Source: Acidimicrobiales bacterium
GTDB lineage: Bacteria; Actinomycetota; Acidimicrobiia; Acidimicrobiales; Bin134
Reading direction: 5' to 3'
Length of the DNA: 64,000 nt
Assembly: GCA_965208805.1 (NCBI GenBank)
Contig: OZ242355.1
Location: forward strand, 3,744,878-3,808,877
Below the pieces are notes generated by a model. That model worked only from the letters and a program-made list of their open reading frames with translations, was not told the origin of the DNA and searched no databases. Position 1 is the first letter of the stretch. Each line of letters starts with the position of its first letter. A program made the position numbers and the translations under genes. Below, piece after piece: positions 45,921-55,223 of this stretch.

Positions 45921-48900
45921 GTGGCTTCCCCGATCCACGCTGAGCCCAGCGTGTTGGCCGACGTCGGCTTTGAATTCCACTCGGCGGTGGCGGCATGGTT
46001 CGAGCAGAGGTTTCCGGGTGGGCCGACGGAGGCGCAGGCCCAGGGGTGGCCGGCCATTGCGTCGGGCCAAGACACGCTGATCGCCGCGCCCACTGGGTCG
46101 GGCAAGACCCTGGCCGGGTTCCTCATCGCCATCGACAACCTCTACAAGCGCCACGCCCAAGGCCAAACGGTGGCCAAGGCCAGCCAGGTGGTGTACGTGT
46201 CGCCGCTCAAGGCGCTGGCCACCGACATCGCCGAGAACCTGGAGCGCCCCCTAGCCGAGATCGCCGAGATCGCCCGGGAACAAGGCCATGAGCCCCCGCC
46301 GCTCACGGTGGCGGTGCGCACCGGCGACACCCCGGCCCACACCCGGGCCGCCATGATCAAAAAGCCGGCCAACTTCGTGGTTACCACCCCCGAGTCGCTC
46401 TACCTGCTGGTGACCGCGGCCAAGAGCCGAGAGGTGCTGCGCACCGTGGAGACCGTGATCGTCGACGAGATCCACGCCACCGCCCGGGACAAGCGGGGCA
46501 GCCACCTGGCCCTCACCCTCGAGCGCCTTGAGCACGCCGCCGACGTCCGCCCCACCCGCATCGGCCTGTCGGCCACCCAGCACCCCATCGCCACCATCGC
46601 CGACCTGCTCACCGGCATCCCCAACCCCGAAGCGGCCCCCGGCAGCGGCTGCACTATCGTCGACACCGGCCACCAGCGCAACCTCGACATCGCCCTAGAG
46701 CTGATCGACGACGAGCTCGACGCCGTGGTCTCCCATGCCCAGATGGACCAAGTACTCGACCGCATGGCCACCCTCATCGGCGAGCACCACACCACCATCG
46801 TGTTCGTCAACACCCGCCGCATGTCCGAGCGCATCGCCCACCAGCTGGCCGAGCGGCTGGGTGACGATGCGGTGGCCGCCCACCACGGCTCTTTGTCCAC
46901 CGAGCGCCGCATCCGCACCGAGCACCGCCTGAGAGCCGGCGACCTCAAGGCCCTGGTGGCCACCGCGTCTCTGGAGCTGGGCATCGACATCGGCCCCGTG
47001 GAGCTGGTGTGCCAGGTGGGCTCCCCTCGCAGCATCGCCACCTTCCTCCAGCGGGTGGGCCGCTCCAACCACAGCCGCCACGGCACCCCCAAGGGCCGCC
47101 TTTGGCCCCTCACCCGAGACGAGCTCATCGAGTGCCTCGCCCTGCTTCACGCCGTGCAACAGGGCCAGCTCGACGCCGTCTGCCCCCCCGAGGCCCCGCT
47201 CGACATCCTGGTGCAGCAGCTCATCGCCGAGGCCGCCGCGGATGACAACCACACCACCGGCGATCTCTACGACATGTTCACCAAGGCCGCCCCCTACGCC
47301 AGCCTCACCAAAAACCAGTTCGACGAAGCCGTGCAGCAGGCCGCCAAAGGAGTGGTCACCGGCCGAGGCCCCCGGGGCGCCTACCTCCACCACGACTCCA
47401 TCAACCAGGAGGTGCGGGGCAAACGGGGCGCCCGCCTGGCCGCCCTCACCTCCGGCGGCGCCATCGGCGAGAACGGCGACTACCGGGTGGTGGCCGAGCC
47501 CGACGACACCTTCATCGGCACCGTCAACGAAGACTGGGCCGTGGAGTCGATGGCTGGCGACATCTTCCTGCTCGGCTCCCACTCCTGGCGCATCAAGCAG
47601 GTGGCCGCCGGCACCGTGCGGGTGATCGATGCCGGCGACGCCCCGCCCACCGTCCCCTTCTGGCTGGGCGAGGCCCCCGCCCGCACCGCCGAGCTCTCCC
47701 AGCAGGTGTCCGATCTGCGCGCCTATATATACAGCCTCCTCCCGCAAGCCCCGAACGCCGATCCCCTCGACACTGAAGCCTTAGAAGCTGGCGCCCTGGA
47801 AGCCGCCGCCGCACAGTTCGCCCAAGCCCACGACACCACCAACGAGATCGCCGAGCAGGCCGTGACCTACATCGCCGCGGCCCAAGCCACCCTCGGCACC
47901 GTCCCCACCCACGACAACATCGTGTTCGAGCGCTTCTTCGACGACACCGGCGGCCAGCAGCTCGTGGTGCACTCCCCCTACGGCGGGCGCATCAACCGGG
48001 CCTTCGGGCTGGCGCTGCGCAAGCGCCTCTGCCGCCGCTTCGACTTCGAGCTCCAGGCGGCGGCCAACGACAACGCCATCATCTTGTCGCTCGGCCCCCA
48101 CCACAGCTTCCCCCTCAGCGACGTCCCCCAGTTCCTGCACCCCGACTCGGTGGAAGAGGTGCTCACCCAGGCCGTGCTGGATTCGCCCATGTTCGCCGCC
48201 CGCTGGCGCTGGAACCTCAACCGGGCCCTGGTGGTGCTGCGCAGCCGGGGCGGAAAGTGCAACCCGCCCCCCATCCAGCGCATGGAGGCCGACGACATCA
48301 TGGCCGCGGTGTTCCCCGGCGCGGCGGCCTGCCAGGAAAACACAGCCGGCCCCATCGAAATCCCCGACCACCTCCTGGTGCGCCAAACCCTCCACGACAC
48401 CCTCCACGAAGCCCTCGACGTGGACGGCCTCCAACAGCTCCTCACCAACATCCGCTCCGGAGCGGTCCGCACCCACTTCTGCGACACCCCCGAGCCCTCC
48501 CCCCTCAGCCACGAGATAGTCAACGCCCGCCCCTACGCCTTCTTGGACGACGCCGAACTCGTCGACCGCCGCACCAACGCCGTAACCGTTCCCCGAGGCC
48601 TCCGTCCCCGAAGTGACCAACAACCCCCCACATTGGATGCTTCAACCCTCTCCCAAATCGCCCCCGACGCCATCACCCAAGTAATCGAAGAGATAACCCC
48701 CACCCCCCGAACCCCCGACGAACTCCACGACCTCCTAACCACACTGGTAGCCACCCGCCCCAACCCCGCCTGGCAAGACCTCTACAAACACCTCGAACAG
48801 AAGGGCCGAGTCCAAACCATCGAAAACCACGACCAAACCCCCTTCTGGACCACCACCGAGTTAGCCGCCCAAGCCCTAGACCCCGCCCAAGCCCAAGAAA

Positions 48901-50216
48901 AGATAAGAGGCCACCTAGAAATCTCCGGCCCCACCACCCCCGAGGCCATTGCCCACCAATCCTCCCTCCCCCTAACAACGGTCCAAACCGCCCTCGCCAC
49001 CCTCGAATCCGAGGGAGTAGCCATGAGGGCTGACCATCTGGATGGCGCTGCTGCCGATTCATGGTGCTCCCGTCGACTACTTCAGCGCATGTCGTATCTT
49101 TCGCGTCGCCAGAAGCGATCGTCAGTCCAAGCCGCCAGCTCTCAAGACTTCATGAGATTCCTCCTCGACTACCACCACCTAACCCCAGAGACCACAGTCC
49201 GCGGCCGCCCCGGCCTCACCAAAGTCCTAGAGCAGCTCCAAGGCCTCGACCTCCCCGCCGGCGCCTGGGAATCCCAGATCATCCAAAAGCGCCTCCCCGA
49301 CTACAACCCCATGTGGCTCGACGAGCTCTGCTACCGAGGCGAGCTGGCCTGGCTCCGCCTAACGCCGCCAAACACCCCCGCCAAGGCCAACTCCATGGCC
49401 CCCCGCAAAGCCACCCCCATCACCCTCGTCTTTAGAGAAGACCTCCGTTGGCTCCTCGCCGCCGCCCGCCCGCAAAGCCCCGAGCCGCCAGAGGCCGGCC
49501 CTGTCCAGGAGATCGCCGAGATCCTCGAGTCCCAAGGGGCCAGCTTCCTGCCCGACCTGGCCGCCGCCACCCACCGCCTGCCCGACGACATCGAACGGGC
49601 CCTGTGGAACGGAGTGGCCCTCGGCCTGTTCACCGCCGACGGCTTCGCCGCCGTGCGAGCGCTGCTCAACCGCACCAGCCGCCGCGCCACCCGCCACCGC
49701 CCCGGCCAAGAGCTGCGCTCCCCAGTCCTCCGCAACCGTGCCCGGCGCGCTGATCGCGCCTTAACAATGCGCTCTCCCGCTCAAACCCACGCCGCCCCCG
49801 GCCGCTGGGCCCTCGTCCCCTGCCCCGAGCAGTATCCCAGCGACGACCTCGCCGAGGCCGTCGCCCAGCAACTGCTGGCCTGCTGGGGCGTGGTGTTCCG
49901 CAGCCTCGCCCATCATCCCGCCACCCCCACGTCCACCCCCTGGCGAGACATCCTCAAGGCCCTGCGCCGCTTCGAAGACCGCGGCATCGTCAGAGGCGGC
50001 CGCTTCGTGGCCGGCCAAAGCGGCGAGCAGTTCGCCCTCCCCACCGCCGCCGACCAACTCCAAAAGGTCCGCCGCCACCCCCGCACCAACCAAGAGGTAA
50101 CCATCGCGGCCTGCGACCCCCTAAACCTCACCGGAATCCTCTTCGAAGGCCCAAGAACCCCCGCCACCCCCAACAACACCCTCACCTACACCGACGGCGT
50201 GCCTTCGCCCCAATAG
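45921..50216 (+). CDS. lhr: Lhr-family large ATP-dependent DEAD/DEAH-box helicase
   Basis: 1431 aa. Motif I APTGSGKTLAGFL, motif II VDEIHA, HHGSLS and QVGSPRSIATFLQRVGRSNH, followed by the long Lhr C-terminal extension. Confidence 0.9.
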   Translation: MASPIHAEPSVLADVGFEFHSAVAAWFEQRFPGGPTEAQAQGWPAIASGQDTLIAAPTGSGKTLAGFLIAIDNLYKRHAQGQTVAKASQVVYVSPLKALATDIAENLERPLAEIAEIAREQGHEPPPLTVAVRTGDTPAHTRAAMIKKPANFVVTTPESLYLLVTAAKSREVLRTVETVIVDEIHATARDKRGSHLALTLERLEHAADVRPTRIGLSATQHPIATIADLLTGIPNPEAAPGSGCTIVDTGHQRNLDIALELIDDELDAVVSHAQMDQVLDRMATLIGEHHTTIVFVNTRRMSERIAHQLAERLGDDAVAAHHGSLSTERRIRTEHRLRAGDLKALVATASLELGIDIGPVELVCQVGSPRSIATFLQRVGRSNHSRHGTPKGRLWPLTRDELIECLALLHAVQQGQLDAVCPPEAPLDILVQQLIAEAAADDNHTTGDLYDMFTKAAPYASLTKNQFDEAVQQAAKGVVTGRGPRGAYLHHDSINQEVRGKRGARLAALTSGGAIGENGDYRVVAEPDDTFIGTVNEDWAVESMAGDIFLLGSHSWRIKQVAAGTVRVIDAGDAPPTVPFWLGEAPARTAELSQQVSDLRAYIYSLLPQAPNADPLDTEALEAGALEAAAAQFAQAHDTTNEIAEQAVTYIAAAQATLGTVPTHDNIVFERFFDDTGGQQLVVHSPYGGRINRAFGLALRKRLCRRFDFELQAAANDNAIILSLGPHHSFPLSDVPQFLHPDSVEEVLTQAVLDSPMFAARWRWNLNRALVVLRSRGGKCNPPPIQRMEADDIMAAVFPGAAACQENTAGPIEIPDHLLVRQTLHDTLHEALDVDGLQQLLTNIRSGAVRTHFCDTPEPSPLSHEIVNARPYAFLDDAELVDRRTNAVTVPRGLRPRSDQQPPTLDASTLSQIAPDAITQVIEEITPTPRTPDELHDLLTTLVATRPNPAWQDLYKHLEQKGRVQTIENHDQTPFWTTTELAAQALDPAQAQEKIRGHLEISGPTTPEAIAHQSSLPLTTVQTALATLESEGVAMRADHLDGAAADSWCSRRLLQRMSYLSRRQKRSSVQAASSQDFMRFLLDYHHLTPETTVRGRPGLTKVLEQLQGLDLPAGAWESQIIQKRLPDYNPMWLDELCYRGELAWLRLTPPNTPAKANSMAPRKATPITLVFREDLRWLLAAARPQSPEPPEAGPVQEIAEILESQGASFLPDLAAATHRLPDDIERALWNGVALGLFTADGFAAVRALLNRTSRRATRHRPGQELRSPVLRNRARRADRALTMRSPAQTHAAPGRWALVPCPEQYPSDDLAEAVAQQLLACWGVVFRSLAHHPATPTSTPWRDILKALRRFEDRGIVRGGRFVAGQSGEQFALPTAADQLQKVRRHPRTNQEVTIAACDPLNLTGILFEGPRTPATPNNTLTYTDGVPSPQ
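50162..50204. repeat. Left copy of a 43-bp direct repeat flanking the relE/phd cassette
   Basis: CGCCACCCCCAACAACACCCTCACCTACACCGACGGCGTGCCT. The second copy is at 50858-50900 with one mismatch. Confidence 0.9.
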
Positions 50217-50246
50217 GGGAGATCCCCAGGAGTCGCGATAGCTGCT

Positions 50247-50519
50247 CTATCGGTACACGTCTCGACGATGGCCCACTCGCAAGATCACGACCTCTCGTTT
50301 CGTCTCTTCAATCCCATATAGCACTCGGTAGGTGCCCCGCCTGGCGCTCCACAGCCCTTCAAGCTCGTTCCTCAGCGCCACGCCCACTCGCCGGGGATTC
50401 TCCAGCAATGGCCCAGTAATCAACTCGATCACGGCGGAGGCCACCGACTCGGGCAATTCGTTGGCGATTGCCTTGGCCGCCGGCCGGGCCACGACCAGCT
50501 CAAACGAAGAGTCGCTCAC
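50247..50519 (-). CDS. relE: RelE/ParE-family toxin
   Basis: 90 aa. RRGTYRVLYGIEETKREVVILRVGHRRDVYR is a canonical RelE/ParE C-terminus. Confidence 0.85.
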   Translation of the reverse strand: MSDSSFELVVARPAAKAIANELPESVASAVIELITGPLLENPRRVGVALRNELEGLWSARRGTYRVLYGIEETKREVVILRVGHRRDVYR

Positions 50520-50785
50520 GAGGGGCGCAGTGCCCTAACAGCCTCAACCCCGCGGACAACGTCGCCCTCCAGATAAGCGCGGTGTGCTTCGGCAAGCTGC
50601 GCCACCACCTCTTCGTCTCCCAGGATCTCCAAGGTCTCCTCAAGCGACTCGAGATCCTCGGGACTCACAAGCACCGCGGCTGGCGAGCCGTTGCGGGTGA
50701 TTACCACCCGTTCATGATGCGCATTCACCCGTTCGATGAACTCGGAGAACCGATCTCGCACTGTGCGCAACGACTCGCTTGACAT
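50516..50785 (-). CDS. phd: Phd/YefM-family antitoxin
   Basis: ATG at 50785 (MSSESLRTVRDRFSEFIERV...VVITRNGSPAAVLVSPEDLESLEETLEIL). 4-bp overlap with relE. Confidence 0.85.
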   Translation of the reverse strand: MSSESLRTVRDRFSEFIERVNAHHERVVITRNGSPAAVLVSPEDLESLEETLEILGDEEVVAQLAEAHRAYLEGDVVRGVEAVRALRPS

Positions 50786-50857
50786 GACCACAATTGTGCC
50801 ACACCGATTGCGAAAACACACCCCCTCTTCCAACTAGGTGGCTGAGCGCCCCACCCT

Positions 50858-50900
50858 CGCCACCCCCAACAACACCCTCACCTACACCGACGGTGTGCCT
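50858..50900. repeat. Right copy of the 43-bp direct repeat (a displaced original lhr 3' end?)
   Basis: Same sequence as 50162-50204 with a C-to-T change at one position. It continues in frame as ...DGVPASSSPQEAGFS-stop. Confidence 0.9.
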
Positions 50901-51034
50901 GCCTCGTCCTCTCCCCAAGAAGCTGGTTTCTCCTGACTTGAGAATTTCCAGAACACCGATCCGCCGCTTCTAAGTTGCCGCTCGGCGCGGTATCTTCAAG
51001 TCGTGAGTTCTGCCGCATTGCCGGAGAGTTAGAG

Positions 51035-51238
51035 ATGGCCAAGCAGTACAAGCTGCCCTACACCTTGCGAGCACCGTCCGAAGAAACTGAGGACATGTTC
51101 CTTGCCGAGGTGCCGGTGCTCCCGGGTTGTCGGGCGTGGGGTGCTACTGCTGAAGAGGCCTTGTTCAATCTCGAGGGCGTGACCGCGGACTACATCGCCT
51201 CCTGCGAGGCCCACGGCGACGCCCTACCCAACAGCTGA
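51035..51238 (+). CDS. HicB-like (UPF0150) small protein, orphan
   Basis: ATG at 51035. FLAEVPVLPGCRAWGATAEEALFNLEGVTADYI is the HicB N-domain pattern. No HicA gene is adjacent. Confidence 0.55.
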   Translation: MAKQYKLPYTLRAPSEETEDMFLAEVPVLPGCRAWGATAEEALFNLEGVTADYIASCEAHGDALPNS

Positions 51239-51320
51239 GCCAAAGTCCGCCCAGCAACAGCAGATTCCAATCCACAGAGCGCGCCTATATATAAGGCACG
51301 CGGAAGTAATCTCGTGGCGT

Positions 51321-53915
51321 ATGCCCCGTTTCCCCACTCGCCCCGCCTTCAACAAGCGCGCCCTTGGCGCCATCCTGGCCGCCGCCCTCCTGGTCACCGT
51401 CCTCAGCTCCTCGGCTCAAGCCCAGAATCGGCCCCCCGTGGCCGACGCCGGCAACGACTTCTCCGTCATCCCCGGCATCGACCGCGAGGGCAGGCTCAAC
51501 GGCAGCGGCAGCTTCGACTTCGAAGACTCGCCCAACACTCTCAGCTACCGATGGAGAGTGCTAACCAGCGACTACAACTGGATCAAGCTCACCCCCACGG
51601 GCAGCCCCACCGGCCGTACCGCCGAGTTCGAGGTGCCCCCGGTCAACCTCGTCAACCGATACGGCACCTATCACATCGACTTCGAGCTCACCGTCACCGA
51701 CCGCAACAGCGAAAGCGACCGCGACATCGTGCGGGTCACCCTCAGCCAGCAGCCCGAGGCCAGGATCGACGTCTCCGCCAAGCTGCTCAACCCCAATCCC
51801 ACCGACCTCGACGGCGACGGCCGCATACAGAACGACGAGAAGTACACCATCGAAGCGGTGATCGACCGCCCCGGCCAACGCGGCAACGAAGACGACGAGT
51901 GGGACGTGCAAGAGGGCGCCCGCTTGGTGCTGGATGCCTCCAACAGCACCGGGGCCGGCTCATCGGTGCTCAGCTATGAGTGGCGCAAGGTAACCGCCCG
52001 ACCCAACTATCCGGCGTTCACCGTCGAGCCCGGCGATCTGTACGGCGAGACCGTCACCATCATGCTGCCCGACAACTTGGACAACAACCGCACCGCCGTC
52101 GTCCACTACCGCGTCACCGTCTCCAACGACGACGGCGCAACCGATTTCGCCACCGTGCAGATCACCGTCCACGATCAGCCCGCCGCCCCCACCGTTGAAG
52201 TCGAGCTGCGCGACAGCAGCCAACCGGCCCAGGTCGCCTTTCAAGAAGGCGAAGACCCCCGATTCGTGGTCGCCCCCGGCGACAGCGTGGTGCTCACCGC
52301 CACCGCCGACGACAAAGACGGCAACCAGGCCCGCGGCCTCACCCACCAGTGGAGGGGCAACATAACCCCCAACCCCTCCAACCGGGCCGGCACCACCTCC
52401 CAGGCCACCTTCACCGCCCCCAGCACCGACCCCGTCGGCGCCACCCACACCGTGACCGTCACCGTCACCGATTCAACCCGCCGCACCGCCACCGCCACCA
52501 TCACCTTCGTGGTGGTGGACAACGCCGCCCCCTCGGCGGTAGCCCCCGACGACCAAATCAGCGAGGACGGCAAGCAGGGCGGTACCGACGGAACCGGCAT
52601 CATGAGAGTCAACGGCGCCGGCTTCGACAACGACGGCGATGCCATCACTTACCAGTGGGTGGAAGTAGACGACGAGGACGACGGCGATCCGGTGGAAGAG
52701 GCCACCGTCGAGCTCATCAACCCCAACCAGGCCATCGTCTCCTTTGAGGTCCCCGAACTGCGGGGCGGCCAGCTCGACATCATCCTCCAGCTCACCGTCA
52801 CCGACGTTTGGGGCGTGTTCGACACCGACACCGTGACCATCACTGTGCTGGGCCGCAACGAAGACCCGGTGGCCAACGCCGGCGCAGACCAGCGGGTGCA
52901 GGCCCGCCAAGGCGTCGAGCTCGACGGCACCGCTAGCTTCGATCCCGACCCCGGCGACCTGTTCACCTTCTTCTGGGAGCTAACCGGCATCACCGTCACC
53001 CCGCCGGCCCGGGTCACCCCGGTCAGCGCCGCCGACCTCAGAGCGCTCGACGACTTCTGGCCCACCGGCGGCGTCTACCCCAACCCGCTCACCGCCAGCC
53101 GCACCACCCGCCCCCGCTTCCAGGCCCCCAGCCTCATCGACCTCACCAGCGTGCGGCTCACCTTCACCCTCACCGTCACCGACCGCGAGGGCCGCACCGA
53201 TGAAGACGAGATGACCATCACTGTGGTGGGCCGCTACTTCTCCGGCCCGGTGGTCACCGGCCCCAACTTCTGCGTCGAACACAGCCTGGGCGGGGCCGTC
53301 ACCTATCCCTACGACATTCCCCCTCGTGACGGCATAGCCGACATCTGCGTGCTGCCCTATTCCCGCCGAGAGGCCGTGGCCCGCCAAACCGCCCTCAGCC
53401 AGCTGGCCAACCTGGATCCCACCAAGTTCGCCCGAGAGGTGCGCACCGCCTGCCGTGAGATCGCAGGCGACGATTTCGGCGACGCCCAAGCCGCCCTCGA
53501 CGCCGACGCCTGCGCCACCGGCCAGGTGTCGCCCCCGCCGCCGCCGGTCAACCTGGTGGCTTATCCGAACCTCTTCTCCGGCCCGGTGGTCACCGGCCCC
53601 GACTTCTGCGTCGAACACAGCCTGGGCGGGGCCGTCACCTATCCCTACGACATTCCCCCTCGTGACGGCATAGCCGACATCTGCGTGCTGCCGTATACCC
53701 GCCGAGAGGCCGTGGCCCGCCAAACCGCCCTGGCAACATTCGCCAGCGGAGCCCAGTTCAGAAACGCCCTGGCCGCGGCTTGTAGGGAGCTGGGCAATCG
53801 GGTCTTCGAAGGCGACGAGGCCGACGATCTGGATGACGACGTCTGCGCTGAGCCCTCAACAACCACCCCGCAGACCGGTTCAGGCTCAACCGGCCAGGCA
53901 TTGCCCGACGCCTAG
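51321..53915 (+). CDS. Secreted multi-domain protein: PKD/cadherin-like Ig repeats followed by two copies of a Cys-rich C-terminal module
   Basis: 864 aa. Signal peptide ending SSAQAQN. Repeated xPVADAGxDxxV...LDGSxS PKD-like starts (NRPPVADAGNDFSV, EDPVANAGADQRVQ). Two FSGPVVTGP(N/D)FCVEHSLGGAVTYPYDIPPRDGIADICVLPY modules. Confidence 0.75.
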   Translation: MPRFPTRPAFNKRALGAILAAALLVTVLSSSAQAQNRPPVADAGNDFSVIPGIDREGRLNGSGSFDFEDSPNTLSYRWRVLTSDYNWIKLTPTGSPTGRTAEFEVPPVNLVNRYGTYHIDFELTVTDRNSESDRDIVRVTLSQQPEARIDVSAKLLNPNPTDLDGDGRIQNDEKYTIEAVIDRPGQRGNEDDEWDVQEGARLVLDASNSTGAGSSVLSYEWRKVTARPNYPAFTVEPGDLYGETVTIMLPDNLDNNRTAVVHYRVTVSNDDGATDFATVQITVHDQPAAPTVEVELRDSSQPAQVAFQEGEDPRFVVAPGDSVVLTATADDKDGNQARGLTHQWRGNITPNPSNRAGTTSQATFTAPSTDPVGATHTVTVTVTDSTRRTATATITFVVVDNAAPSAVAPDDQISEDGKQGGTDGTGIMRVNGAGFDNDGDAITYQWVEVDDEDDGDPVEEATVELINPNQAIVSFEVPELRGGQLDIILQLTVTDVWGVFDTDTVTITVLGRNEDPVANAGADQRVQARQGVELDGTASFDPDPGDLFTFFWELTGITVTPPARVTPVSAADLRALDDFWPTGGVYPNPLTASRTTRPRFQAPSLIDLTSVRLTFTLTVTDREGRTDEDEMTITVVGRYFSGPVVTGPNFCVEHSLGGAVTYPYDIPPRDGIADICVLPYSRREAVARQTALSQLANLDPTKFAREVRTACREIAGDDFGDAQAALDADACATGQVSPPPPPVNLVAYPNLFSGPVVTGPDFCVEHSLGGAVTYPYDIPPRDGIADICVLPYTRREAVARQTALATFASGAQFRNALAAACRELGNRVFEGDEADDLDDDVCAEPSTTTPQTGSGSTGQALPDA

Positions 53916-53918
53916 CAA
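53514..53918. repeat. Left copy of a 405-bp direct repeat (the 3' end of gene 51321..53915)
   Basis: Near-identical to 54822-55226, with a handful of substitutions seen by eye. Confidence 0.9.
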
Positions 53919-53956
53919 GGGCCGGTGTTTGCCATTCGGAGATCAACCTGGGGCCG

Positions 53957-54487
53957 TCAAGCCGTGGCAGCGCCCATTTGTGCATCGAACGAGATCAGTC
54001 TCCAGCTCACTTCCAAAGTTTTGCTCTCCCGCCTCGCCCACTTCGGTACGTTGTTGGCGTTGGTTGTCAAGATTTCTGTCCGAAGCAATCTGGCAGCCGA
54101 CACCATCTGCGCGATGTAACCCGAGAGGGCGATGCCCTGCTGCGAAGCCTCTTGTTGGACCACTCTCATCATCGGCAGCAGTTGGCCTTCAGGTATCACC
54201 TCAAAATCCCCATGCCCAGATTGGAGTAGCGCTCTTCGAGCCTCGTCGGATAAGGCCGCGAGTTGCCGGGAGATCGGGCCGCTGATCAAGGCCGAACCCT
54301 CCGTGGCCTTTTGGATACCCCTGGCTAGTCGCTCAATAGCGGCTGGCACAGTCAGGATTGGTGTGGCCGCTAAGTGCTGGGGGAAGCCGGCGGCCACCGC
54401 CAGGATTACTGCGTACTCGTCGCCCAGCGCTGCGCCCTGTTGCCCTGATAATGCGTGAGGGCGCTGTCCGGGAGGGTTCGACGGCAC
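53957..54487 (-). CDS. Hypothetical protein
   Basis: 176-aa ORF in the AT-richer spacer between the 405-bp repeats. No motif recognised. Confidence 0.4.
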   Translation of the reverse strand: MPSNPPGQRPHALSGQQGAALGDEYAVILAVAAGFPQHLAATPILTVPAAIERLARGIQKATEGSALISGPISRQLAALSDEARRALLQSGHGDFEVIPEGQLLPMMRVVQQEASQQGIALSGYIAQMVSAARLLRTEILTTNANNVPKWARRESKTLEVSWRLISFDAQMGAATA

Positions 54488-54529
54488 TGGCTGGCCGGGG
54501 CGGCGGTTGATGCGGGGGTGGCGAGACGA

Positions 54530-54766
54530 TCAGCGGACAAGGTCTGGATCGTCGCCGCAGACATCGTCCAGAAACAATGCGAGATCGTCGCCGTCGATTA
54601 GAGCGAGCAATGCGGCCCGATCCTCATCGGTGAGCCGCGAGTCCCCGGGGTCGGGATCCGCTTTGGGAGCTATTTCATCCACGTTCGAAGACGCGGCCTG
54701 ATCCTTACTTTCTCTCTGCGCTGGCTCGCGAACAGCAGCATGAGTGGTATCGGCCACAGTTGGCAT
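54530..54766 (-). CDS. Small acidic hypothetical protein
   Basis: ATG at 54766 (MPTVADTTH...) lies inside track ORF 54530..54859. The upstream part of that ORF runs antisense into the repeat. Confidence 0.3.
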   Translation of the reverse strand: MPTVADTTHAAVREPAQRESKDQAASSNVDEIAPKADPDPGDSRLTDEDRAALLALIDGDDLALFLDDVCGDDPDLVR

Positions 54767-54821
54767 CCTACCGGTCAACAACGACAGCTTCCACCGCCCG
54801 CCACCCCCCCACCACCCCTGT

Positions 54822-55223
54822 GCCACCGGCCGGGTGTCGCCCCCGCCGCCGCCGGTCAACCTGGTGGCTTATCCGAACTTCTTCTCCGGCCCGGTGGTCA
54901 CCGGCCCCGACTTCTGCGTCGAACACAGCCTGGGCGGGGCCGTCACCTATCCCTACGACATTCCCCCTCGTGACGGCATAGCCGACATCTGCGTGCTGCC
55001 GTATACCCGCCGTGAGGCCGTGGCCCGCCAAACCGCCCTGGCAACATTCGCCAGCGGAGCCCAGTTCAGAAACGCCCTGGCCGCGGCTTGCAGGGAGCTG
55101 GGCAATCGGGTCTTCGAAGGCGACGAGGCCTACGATCTGGATGACAACGTCTGCGCTGAGCCCTCAACAACCACCCCGCAGACCGGTTCAGGCTCAACCG
55201 GCCAGGCATTGCCCGACGCCTAG
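54822..55223 (+). pseudogene. Truncated duplicate of the last Cys-rich module of gene 51321..53915 (no signal peptide or N-terminal domains)
   Basis: Right copy of the 405-bp repeat. It encodes VSPPPPPVNLVAYPNFFSGPVVTGPDFCVEH...GQALPDA. Only a short unrelated leader precedes it in track ORF 54744..55223. Confidence 0.55.
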
